NCBI GenBank assembly: GCA_032718475.1 | Contig: JAUCBJ010005131.1 | Span: 1-49,838, forward strand | Origin: Nemertoderma westbladi | Taxonomy: Eukaryota; Animalia; Xenacoelomorpha | Direction of reading: 5' to 3' | DNA: 49,838 nt | Part shown: piece by piece, positions 13,460-24,327 of the stretch | How positions within the stretch are numbered: position 1 is the first letter of the stretch | Layout: each line of letters starts with the position of its first letter | Position numbers and translations under genes: made by a program | Notes under the pieces: model-generated | What the model saw: the letters and a program-made list of their open reading frames with translations, nothing else | Told to the model about the DNA's origin: nothing | Database searches by the model: none

Positions 13460-15699
13460 GCATTGTACGCTACTGTTAGAGGGACATCACGTTACTATAT
13501 GTATTATTTAATATACGGTATGAGAGCAATATCGCAAGAAGCAATGTCAGTGAGAAGAGGCAAGTCGTTTCCAAGGTCTACCCAGAGCTTGGTTTAGCCG
13601 AGGCACGAGGATCTGAATTTTGCATTCCTAATACTCTACTTACCAATAATACTTGAATATAGTAGGAGCTTTATTGTACTTTAATAAGTACGGACATTTC
13701 ATCTTACTGTAGTCACGTATTTATAATATGATACGGACAGTAAGGAAAGAGAAAATAATTATTTCTCGCCATTGCACTAAATATATAATATAAGTAATTA
13801 AGTAATAAACACGAGTATATATTGCACTAATCTACTAAATAATCGCTAAAATAACATTCTACTAAATAAAATTAAAGAAAACGATTATAGTAAAATTACA
13901 TAATAATACATACATAAATATAAAATAATAAAAACAAATATAAAATAATATAGTCACACACCCACTCCAGACGCTGTTACGTTGGGGAGTCCCTAGATGT
14001 TTGTTGGATTAGGGAGGTGGTCGTGGGAAGAGTATCTTGCCTTCCATAGTTTCCGGATAGTTCTCTGTCTTGTTCCAGTAAACATAAACGACCGATTGGG
14101 CGATTGAGCTGCTGCGTTTCGAATACAATTCCAGGTTTCTTAAAGTTACGTCGCATGACGATGAGTTCTACCGATCGCACTAAACCATCATCGGATATAT
14201 GAGTCTCGATGATACGACCTGTCTGCCACCGCTTACGTGGAAGATCTGATTCCACAATAAGGACCATGTCTCCGGCGCTGACGTTTTCTTGCTGCGCAAA
14301 CCACTTGGTTCGAAGTTGTAGCGTAGGCAGATAATGTTTTTCGAAATGGTCAGCGAAACGACGGGATAATAACTGCATAAGTTGCCAAGTTTGTTGGCAG
14401 TATTCATCTCCGTCCGTGATTTCTGATTTTGGGAGCATGGCTACCGGTTTCTTCAGTAGGAAATGCGCGGGTGTTAGCGCTTCTAGGGAGTCGGGACTCG
14501 ATGAGACTGGCATAAGCGGTCTCTCGTTAAGATAGGCGGCGATTTCCTCCATTAACGTCTGCAAAAGTTTGTTGGTGAGATACGCGCGGCAAGGCACTAT
14601 AAAGTGAAATGCGGTCTTCTCGCTCCTTATTAATCTCTCCCAACTTCCTCCCCACCAAGGGGCGTCGGCGGCGTTGAAGGTTCAGCTAGATGCTGTTACC
14701 CTTAGCTGATCGTCCACCTGTCTTTGGTTCCAATCTTTAACTTAAGCTTTGATCTCATTATTGCCACCAATGAAGTTCGTTCCCTTATCAGATCTCATCG
14801 TGTTGCTAGTTCCAAAGCGAGCGATCTGTCGGCGTAAACTCAGTATGAAGCTGTTGGTAGATAGATCGTTCACCATATCTAGATGGATACAGACGAAGAT
14901 GACACACCATCGCTTGACTATAGTCCTAGCACGATATACCTAAATAGGGCCAAATAAATCCACACCGGTATTAGTAAAGGGTGGTTCATAGAAGCTTACT
15001 CGTTCCCTAGGCATTGTTTGCATTGTACGCTACTGTTAGAGGGACATCACGTTACTATATGTATTATTTAATATACGGTATGAGAGCAATATCGCAAGAA
15101 GCAATGTCAGTGAGAAGAGGCAAGTCGTTTCCAAGGTCTACCCAGAGCTTGGTTTAGCCGAGGCACGAGGATCTGAATTTTGCATTCCTAATACTCTACT
15201 TACCAATAATACTTGAATATAGTAGGAGCTTTATTGTACTTTAATAAGTACGGACATTTCATCTTACTGTAGTCACGTATTTATAATATGATACGGACAG
15301 TAAGGAAAGAGAAAATAATTATTTCTCGCCGTTGCACTAAATATATAATATAAGTAATTAAGTAATAAACACGAGTATATATTGCACTAATCTACTAAAT
15401 AATCGCTAAAATAACATTCTACTAAATAAAATTAAAGAAAACAATTATAGTAAAATTACATAATAATACATACATAAATATAAAATAATAAAAACAAATA
15501 TAAAATAATATAGTCACACACCCACTCCAGACGCTGTTACGTTGGGGAGTCCCTAGATGTTTGTTGGATTAGGGAGGTGGTCGTGGGAAGAGTATCTTGC
15601 CTTCCATAGTTTCCGGACAGTTCTCGGTCTCTTTCCAGTAAACATAAACGACCAACTGGGCGATTGAGTTGTTGTGTTTCGAATACAATTCCAGGTTTC
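13457..15699. repeat. ~683-bp direct repeat (13457-14139 and 15017-15699): integrase C-terminus plus 3' UTR
   Basis: Near-identical at a constant offset of 1560 bp. Confidence 0.95.
13977..15016 (-). pseudogene. pol: Bel/Pao integrase core + DUF5641-like C-terminus (element B)
   Basis: PPFTNTGVDLFGP, RSDKGTNFIG, APWWGGSWERLI, LNERPL, LTPAHFLL, YLPTLQLRTKW, DDGLVRSV; internal stops. Confidence 0.92.
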
Positions 15700-18600
15700 C
15701 TCTTCGTCCTGGAATAGTGACAATAGAAACATCGCTTCAAATAAACGACGGCCTTACAAAGCCGATTCCAGGAGCTATAGTGATTTATCGCTCCCTGCAG
15801 GAGATGTGAGAGTCCCTGCGAGACGTCTGGTGTTCCAGATTTCCAGTCTCTTTCTCTGATTTCCACAACAGAGTTATTTGTGGCGGGGGAGTTTAGACCC
15901 ACAGCGTCATCCCCTGAAATCTGTAGTACAGACAGATCAATCGCGGATTTAAATAAATTTGATTTACTCTTCTGGGATTTAGGTTTGACTTTCTCCGCTC
16001 CCTTGGCTTGTCTAATCTCAGCCGTGGTGAGATGAGGAGGCCATTCATCCTCTTCTTTACTTAGGAAGTCGGGTCCACCTAACCAGTCTGGAGTATCTAT
16101 CAGTTCTTGAGGAGTTGCTCCTCTGGAAGCGATGTCGGCTGGATTAATCGTCCCAAGGCAATGTCTCCATTGATCTACATTAGAGTTAATATCGTCATTA
16201 TCTGAGGAGTATGGTGTTCCCTCAGTTGTGGTTGTCTCTCCCTCACTGATGTCTTCTTCCCATTCACTCACTTGATGGACCTGATCTTTGGGTAGCCTTT
16301 CCATGAGTGTCCTACGGGAAGGTCCAGTGAAGTACCAACCTACTCTTGTTCTTCCCGCATAGGTTTGCAATGGTTGCGGTCGAGCAGGCCGTTTCTCTAA
16401 TGTCTCAAGCGCCTCATGCGCATTTTGGCCGATGAGTATCTGTACCCCTGGGTAGTCGGTGTTGAATCTAGGTAGCTCATGTTGCTGGGTGAAATCGTCT
16501 TCATCCCAGTTATAAGGTTCCACTTGACTGGTAGCGAAGTTCTTTATCGCCACCATTTTTACTGACCTTATACTGTGTTCTCCTAGTTCATCCTGGGGGG
16601 TGGACAACGCGCCTACATAGTAGTCTGTAGCTACTGTAGATTTCCAAACCTGCATAATTCCTGAAAGTTTCAACTCAGTTCGGAACTTGGGTTGTCCAGC
16701 AAAGATGTCTTCGGCTAGTTCTTTGTCGATGAATGTTCCTGTGCTGCCGGAGTCAAGGAGGGCGTTCACTATATAGCTCTTTTTTGACCCATGGACTCTC
16801 AACTGCACTACGGGAAATTCCCGGATTCCTACGTTGGAAGTTGGTGCTTTCCAAGATGGTTGTCGGTCCGAAATAGTTAGGGGGAGCTCGCTATCGGTTT
16901 CAGTCTCATACGTAAGCGCTCGATACACTGCGGTGTTTGTCATATAACAGGATTCATTTTCATCGGAGAATTCGTCTGTGTAGAATCCTTCCATCTCAGA
17001 GCTGTGGTCAGTGTTGTTCACATCACTGAACTGGACATGTAGTTCGGGCTCACTTACCTGACTCGTGCGGGTTCTTTCAAATTCTGTGTGCAGCAAGATA
17101 TGATGTTTCGCGCCGCACTTAGCACACCTAGCATCTGAGTAACAGGTCCGCCGTTGGTGTCCTCGTCTGAGACAATTATAACACAACCGCTTATCCCACA
17201 TGACTTCGCGTCTATCCTTTAAGGATTTCTTTAAGAATTCATCACACCCACTCAAGCGATGGGGCCCGTCACACAATACACATTTGGGCTTGATGTTACT
17301 TACTTTAACCTGTGCTGTGTGGTGCACACTTGTTCTTTCCTCGGGCTTTCTGCCATGAATTTTCTTAGGAGACGTAGGAGGAGTTTTTGTTACCTGTTCT
17401 CTCCTGTCACTGGTTCGAGACTTAAATTTACTTACGTCTTTAGGTGCTTTGTTGAAATAGTAAGATCTTTCGGTGTCTTTCCTGCTGTTCTCCTCGTGGG
17501 AAGTTTGGCTTTTGCCGTCGTCGGTATAACACACTGGTGTTACCTTTCGCCTAGAAACAGAATTTTCACTTACCTCACTTTCAGGAGTCTTCTCTCTAGA
17601 CTGTTTTAGGAGTTGTAATCTTACCTCTCGGTTTAAGAATGACAGAAGGTCCGTCATGGTTGGATCTCTATGTTGTTTGGTCCATCAAATAGAGAACCTT
17701 TTTGTCCCAGCGAGTACCTACTTCACTCTTTGGCAAAGCTGATGCTAAGGCTCCTACAACCATAGAATTCTGGTATTCATGAGACTTACCCAACCAGTCT
17801 AATTGTCTACAGATCTCCTGAATCTCATCGGAAAACTCTATAATCCCGCTGCTAAGAAACTTTCGGGGCGCCATTAATTCCGCATACAAATACCTAGCTA
17901 TGTTAGTCCTATTACCATACCTGATGTTTAGTGTATCCCAAACTTGTCTTAATCCATCTGGATGTCCAATAAACTTTAACGCCATTAACTTGGGAGGTCC
18001 TTCCAAACACTTGATGAGGAATCTAAGTTTCTCTCCATTAGATAGTACAGAGTTCTGTATGTTATCTTTGTAATATTTATTAAAAGGTAACCATTTCATC
18101 TCATCTCCATTGAACTTGACGATCTCTCCCACTTTTACCGCTTGATGGGCTTCGGTTCTAGCCATTTGACACGTAAAACTTTCTTGGGCCATCGTGTTAC
18201 TTAATATCGAGTTATCGGTATATAAATTTCTAGGATTATGATCAGATCTATATGGAATATCATTGTCAACAGGTTTATAATTACCCTTAATAGGGTTTAC
18301 TATAGGAGTTTCTACTTCACTAGCAGTATAGATGCGTGTAGGCTCCACACCTTGCGCATGAAATACTTCAGACCTAACGGGTTGACACATTGTTACAGGG
18401 GGTGGTGGTATACCCTTTTGTGTATTTACTAATTTGTTGCGTTCTAACGCGATACTCTGCTGCACTTCTTGCAACTCTAACCTACTTTCCCTTACTGTTC
18501 CCTTGAACTGTTGAACAGTATCCTGCATCTGTCCGAGCAGGAGATCCATCCCCCGCCGTCCCTCATCCACCCACTCGACCGCCGAAGAGGGAGCCGCCAA

Positions 18601-20482
18601 CATAGTAGCGGGTAGACGAGGGACGATGGGTGACAAATTGTTAATGTCTTGCTCGGCGTCCAGGACCGGAGTTGACTGAGGAACTGTCCTACTGGATACA
18701 GGTAGTTTAGTACTGTGCAAAGGGAATTTAGAGTTAGGTTCTGGAAGTACAGCGGTCTCTATCACAGAAGGGGTGGCTTCGAGAACAGGCGTAATTATTT
18801 CAGGCTCATCTACTATAGTAGGGAGTCTTTCTACTCTAATAATTTGGTCTGTGGGTTCGGTACTACCTAAGTCTGTGCTAGCTAGTTGCCTTCTCACGGC
18901 TGGGGGCAAATTGGGCAATTTCTGACGGTGGGGCGTTCTTCTATGCCTGCTGAGACGAGATCTATTTCCTCCGCCTTCAGGATCTGTTGTCTCGCCTTCA
19001 TCAGATGATGTAAATCCCTGTCGCTTGGGAGTAGATCGACTTATCAGCTGCATCTGACTAGCTGTTATCTGTTTATTTAAGTAGTCTTGCTTCTCTTGAA
19101 GATTTTCCAACTCTAGTTGGGTTGTCTCTTCAGATGCTTCCGTTCTGCTTCTACCACTGCCTCCGCCGCAGTTCTTTCGGCTTCTGCCGCTGCCACTTTT
19201 CTTTCTGCCTCTGCCACTGCCGCTTTTCTTTCTGCCTCTGCCGCTGCCGCTTTTCTTTCTGCCTCTGCCACTGCAGCTTTTCTTTTCACTTCTGCCGCTG
19301 CTGCTGTTGCTGCCTTTCTGTCTTCTATTTGTTTTTTCTTTAATAATTGTTCTTCCTGTTCCCTAACGATGCGGATTCTTTCATCAAATTTAGCTCGATC
19401 CGCTTCTAACCTTTCCGAATCTATTGCGTCCAACACAAACTTGGCTCCTTCACTATTAGGGCGAAGTCCAGCCAGCCGTCTCCTCAACTCTTCATCACCT
19501 AGAAATCGTTGATAGTCCGACAGATATATGTCAATAGCGTCCTTCTTCTGAGGTTTCTCTGCTGTCGCTTCGCTTTCCACTTGAGAAAAGGTAGCGTCTG
19601 TTGATTCTCCGTGGGTTGAGCGCTCAGCCAGCTGAAATTTCCACTGGGCCGTTCCTTGAACTTTGAGACCCACCCGCTGGAACCAAGTCTTTACGGCAAC
19701 TTGCAACGACGTGTCTTGGCTTCTTTTCGAAGCTTCCTCAAAGGCCGATAGGATTAGTCTGATTCTTAGAATTCTTTCTCGAACTTGATAAAGCAGCTCT
19801 CCCTGCTCTTGAGGTCCTTGGGGTTGTTGAAACAGTTGTTCCTCTAATCACTCCAGAGAGCTGAAGAATCCCTGTACATATCCTGCTGCCGACCTCTTCC
19901 ACACAGCTGGATCTCTAGTGTCCCTTACCACTCCCATCCTGTATAAGTCCTCCCAGGCAGCTTCCGATAAGTTAAACGGGAGTCCGGGTCCGGGGAAATT
20001 CCATTGCGTCTCGACAATAGACTTCAGTTCCTCCTTCGTGTATCCCGCATAACTGTCCCTGGTCGATTGCTTACTTCTCACCCAATCCATTTGATGTTCC
20101 TCCACTGCAATCAATACTCTAGTGAGTACGGCTTCAGGAAGAATGAGAAGTGGATCCGAATAAACCGCTTCTGCCATCTTTGTCAACTCTACAGTATCTG
20201 AACTACTGGAGCTATCGGGCCGCTGAGAAATAAGTTCTCGGCTCGGGTGTTGCTGTTGTTTAACAGCTGCCTCTTGGTCCCGCTTGACTTGAGCCCGAGT
20301 GCCTACGATAGACCTACGGTACTTACTAGCCTAGGGTCTGATACTACTACTGGAGGGATGACCTTTCTTATAGTAGGAGGGGAGTTGAACTACTTCGGTC
20401 TCAAACGTTCCGCACTCCTATCTGGATCACAGATGGTTGTATCTAGGAGACTGTCTGACAGGTTTTGCTTTGTGTCAACCAT
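15537..20482 (-). pseudogene. gag-pol: Element B gag-protease polyprotein, with RT and most of RNase H and integrase deleted in frame
   Basis: ATG at 20482; AAAAEAERK coiled-coil repeats; DUF1759 (KFNGDEMKW..EKLRFLIKCLEG); three Zn knuckles (CVLCDGPH, CYNCLRRGH, CAKCGAKHHILLH); ALLDSGS protease; then VDQWRHCLGTINPADIASRG and RPVGRLCLLE. Few lesions (stop at 19848, shifts near 19112 and 17665). Confidence 0.92.
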
Positions 20483-20599
20483 GTTTGTTTGTACAGTTGA
20501 ATGCCTACTGCTAGAACTACATTTAAAGCAAGTCTAGTAATTCAGTATCAACTAAAAGCCTAGTAATTAATTACCTATATCGTTACTCAGTGTAATGTG

Positions 20600-20875
20600 A
20601 TATATATACAATATATTAGAATACCGGTATACACTTATAGTATATAATATAAGTATTATTACAGACTAGGGTTCGTCACAGAATACCGGTATATAATTTC
20701 AGCGCAAATATATAAATATATAATAAGCCTACTGTGAATACCAGTATACAGCATACACCTATAGTATATATAAGTATAATTATAGACTAGAATTAATTAC
20801 AGAATACCGGTATATAATTTCAGCTTAAATTTATAGAAATAAATATAATAAGCCTATCGTAAATACCGGTATGTC
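20600..20875. repeat. Degenerate tandem repeats in the B 5' UTR
   Basis: Recurring aataccggtata and tatagtatata..taagtat units. Confidence 0.6.
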
Positions 20876-21397
20876 AATTATTTTATAATAACTGCATTTC
20901 TGAATTTTAGGGTTACTTTACGTTACTTTATTACCGTTATTTAAGCAGTGGTCCAACTGATATTAAGACCTAATTTATGGATGACAGGCCTACTATTTTA
21001 TAAATCGGCTTGAGTTGATTTATAATATATATATACCCGTTTAATGGGTTTTGTCAATATTTGAAATAAATGTTATTATTTCTGGTAAGGAGTCACTACA
21101 CAGAAGCTGTATGCTCTCAGTGGAGTGCTACTTATTGGACACTAAAACAAATAATTCTAATTTACTAAGTTACTTATTACTACAAATTACGTACAATTAA
21201 GGGGTGAGATTACAATCTCTAAATAAACACAAAAAAATTACACGTACAAATTTTAGGGTAATTTTACAGGAAATCTACTAACCAGCCTAACAAGGGGTTA
21301 GAATTTCTGGTTATTACAAACGAACAGGAAACTACGGTATTTGAAAATAATAAAGCAGTAGTAAATATATTGCGTTGTCTAGATAAGAAAATCTGGA

Positions 21398-21772
21398 AAG
21401 CCATCTGATGTTTCTGATGTTTAGGTCAAAGTCTGAAACTTCCACAGAAGTACAGAAGAATCCTAAGCTGGTGTTCTGGGCTTAGAAAGATACACACTGA
21501 CTTAATTGCATGAGTTTCTGTAGGCACTGTCCAACACAAAGTGAAAATCGCTCTGATTGGCTGAGCCGAACAAAGAACAAAGAGAGATTCAGGTTCCGCG
21601 TTGGCAGTAAATCAGCTGACAGATTGCGTCATCTGAGTCATATTTTAGAGTATTAAGCGAATTGCGGCAGAATGGCTAGTTATGTCCGCTAAAGCACACA
21701 TATGTCCGCTAAAAGCACCTACACGGTACATTGCGGAGAAAATGACTGGTTATATCCGCAAAAGCTTTTACA
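21398..21772 (-). repeat. Truncated 5' LTR of element B (U3 part only)
   Basis: Near-identical to 10700-11104 apart from a ~29-bp indel; begins TGTAAAAG on minus, abutting unrelated integrase sequence. Confidence 0.85.
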
Positions 21773-22400
21773 TGTAGAGTGGAACTTTAATACCCCAGAG
21801 AGACCTTGGAGAGGTGGAAGTTGGGAGCGAGCGCCTTGTTCGCTCCATAAAACAGGCCATAGCCAAGACGATGCCTGTAAATAAACAGCTGACAGACAAT
21901 GAGTTGGTAACAGTTTTCATTGAAATCGAGCATACCTTAAACTCGAGGCCGATAGCTATGTTACCTGATGGTGTTAGGTTGACACCTAATCACCGACTCA
22001 TGCAGAGTCCGGCTTTCCTTGTACTGGCATCAGAGACCATTAGTAGCGACTTATATAGTCGGAAAAGCTGGAAGATAACCCAGCTTATAGCATACACATT
22101 CTGGGAATATTGGCGGGAATATTACCTTCCCACAATATCCACCAGATCTAAATGGTACAAAACAGTTCGGAGCCTCAGAAGAGGAGACTATGTATTAATA
22201 ACCGAACCAATCGTGAAGAGAAAATACTGGGAAACCGGAGTAATCTTGCACATACACCAAGACATACAGAATGTAGTACGCACCGTTACTGTTAAAATAA
22301 GGTACAAGTGTCCAAACAAGAAAAAGTGTAAAACCAAGGTTTACACACCTTGGACAGACCGGTCCAGGACATTGTGTTATTAGAGAAAACACGCATTGAG
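21773..22400 (+). pseudogene. pol: Bel/Pao integrase core end + DUF5641-like (element A)
   Basis: VEWNFNTPERPWRGGSWER/LVRSIK, LNSRPI, LTPNH, FWEYWREYYLPTISTRSKW, VVRTVTV. Confidence 0.9.
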
Positions 22401-23131
22401 ACAGGAGACTATAATTTGTCTTCTGCCTCAAAACAAAATTAGTGTCAGAACGCAAATTCACTTTGTATGCATTCCTCATATGAAAATACTCGGAAATGCA
22501 TAGGAGCGAGATTGCGGTGAATTGCGTTGATAATTTGTCTGGTGGGTATCAGAACAAAATTATATTTTTTCATAAGGTTCGGAAAATTAAAAATTTTAAA
22601 ATTATAAGTAAACCCGAGACAAATCAAAACGCTAAAATAGACATGTCTAAAAGGACCTGTCTATAAGTATACAGTAATTTGAAAGTCGTGAAAGCCTGGA
22701 AGATAGTATCTAGACACCATGGTTACGGCTATTATATTTAGGAGTGTATATTGAGTTCAGTAGATTCCACAGATTGGTGCCAACAGTACAACAACCAAAG
22801 GTGCTAAAGGTTAGTAGCACCAGAGGCATACACAGACCCCACTCAGTAGCTCTCAGTAGAGAGAGGTGTTCGATAATCAAACCTGTGGGTTTGGTATAGT
22901 CGAGCGCCCCAGATAATGTCCGTTCTAACTACTGTATTCTAGTACAAGTATTGGGGAGTAGTTTTTGGGCATCAAAAAGTGAGTCGGTCACAGCCAGTTT
23001 ATCTCCGAAGTTTTGCGCTATGCATGGGAATAGATATAGAAGGTAGCTTAGGAATGAGACGGGATCTAGAGAGCCGAACCTGAACGTCTGGAAGGCAGGA
23101 GGAGTTCAAATCCCATTTCAAGCGACAAGCG

Positions 23132-23842
23132 TTGGTATATTGGAACATTTGCGCACCACATCGTGCTTCGTTGCAGTATTATTTATTGTTGGAATCAAAC
23201 ACTGTAACTTGCTTGATAACAGACATAGAAGGAGGAATTTTGAAGCACCATCCGTTGGTGTTTGGAGGAGACAAATATAATATTTTCACAGCGAGGAAAG
23301 TGGTGCGCGGACTGTGCGCGCGGGGCGATTGGAGGATGGCGGCTATCCAATATAGAAACGAATTCTTATTAACTCATGTTCGTTTGGGGTCATTGCCCAC
23401 TGAAAGGATAGAGGAGCAAAGAACCGACATGCCCACAGCGACGACAGCCAGAGCCCATGGCTCACGGCAAGGTACCGATGGAGCAGTCCTTAGTAAACGC
23501 CAAGCTAAGGATGCACAATATCATGAAATGCAGCATAAGGTGCAAGGGGCGTCCGAAAGGGCGCGTGTGCAGCTGCAGAAGGAGGAGTTAGCAGAGGCAC
23601 CCACAGAGACGCGGAAAATGTGTCGAGGCTGAGGAAGGAGCGTTAGTCGAGAAATCGTTAGTGCCCAAGGATCGTCTTCATCGCCAGTCCTGGGAAGTGA
23701 CGCCTCCAGGACGCCATCGACGGAATCTGCCAGGGGCAGATTGGTGTATCTGGAGCGGGGGCCGGAAAAGAGGAATGAGCCCGAGAGACCCAGGAGCCAG
23801 TCATTGATGCCACATACGTCAATGTCAAGGAGCAAACTGTAA
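23132..23842 (+). pseudogene. Putative accessory ORF downstream of A integrase, unknown function
   Basis: 166-aa ORF; the same frame continues past one TGA (23630-23632) for ~69 codons to TAA at 23842; GC-richer than flanks. Confidence 0.45.
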
Positions 23843-24053
23843 ACATATACCTCATCGTTGCTCTGATGTATATTGTAGGCATCCATTGTATATCCGACTG
23901 GACTCTATGTTTATATAAGAATTATTTGTTCTTAAATTTAATGAAAGAGGCAAAGGAAGTGATTGGGGAGACAAACCCGCGGGTTTGGCTTACTCCTTTC
24001 ACTTACCTGAGCAATCATCCAATTTAAGGGTGATTGCGTTTTTTATACATTAA

Positions 24054-24327
24054 CCCTATTAAACCCGGGGGGGTTGTCTTCCTTGTAGTGAAAGCTGTTT
24101 TAAAAAATATTGGGTAGTTTTCGAGTTATAGCACCATTTTTTAACCCTACTTTTGGAACTTTTTTTGAGACGTTTTTTGAAAATTACATTTCATTAAATA
24201 TTAATTGTAACATCTCTATTTTTGATTTACACTGGTTTTTTGGTGTTCGCAATTGGATGGAATTCATATAAATTGATTTTCGAAATTTCAAACTTGTTTT
24301 TTTCGGCGGTTGCCAAATTTTGGTGCT
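24054..24327 (-). mobile_element. Terminal fragment of the piggyBac-like MITE family
   Basis: ttaa|ccctattaaacccggg end; reverse complement of parts of 40365-40737. Confidence 0.8.

Larger units (their letters stand above)
9939..21772 (-). mobile_element. Bel/Pao LTR retrotransposon B, non-autonomous and rearranged
   Basis: LTR sequence at both ends (10700-11104 matches 21398-21772), gag-protease, integrase and PPT. No matching TSD (tttaa vs tgtag). Confidence 0.85.
1..24049 (+). mobile_element. Bel/Pao LTR retrotransposon A (degenerate; interrupted by hAT, LINE, MITE and element B; LTRs not seen in window)
   Basis: Collinear gag (237-3050), protease, RT, RNase H (to ~6290), integrase Zn region (9060-9350) and integrase core/C-terminus (21773-22400), all on +. 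Joining the 21773 segment to A is inferred from orientation and domain order. Confidence 0.8.

Noticed and set aside
13457-15699. 683-bp direct repeat as an LTR pair around a mini-element
   Set aside because: It includes integrase coding sequence and lacks TG..CA ends and a TSD; B's real LTR is a different sequence.
21398-21405. TGGCTTT as B's primer-binding site, with a short 370-400-bp LTR
   Set aside because: The same bases occur in the 3' copy, which appears to continue to a TACA end at 9939 with TATA and AATAAA, so it is more likely LTR interior. Not fully excluded.
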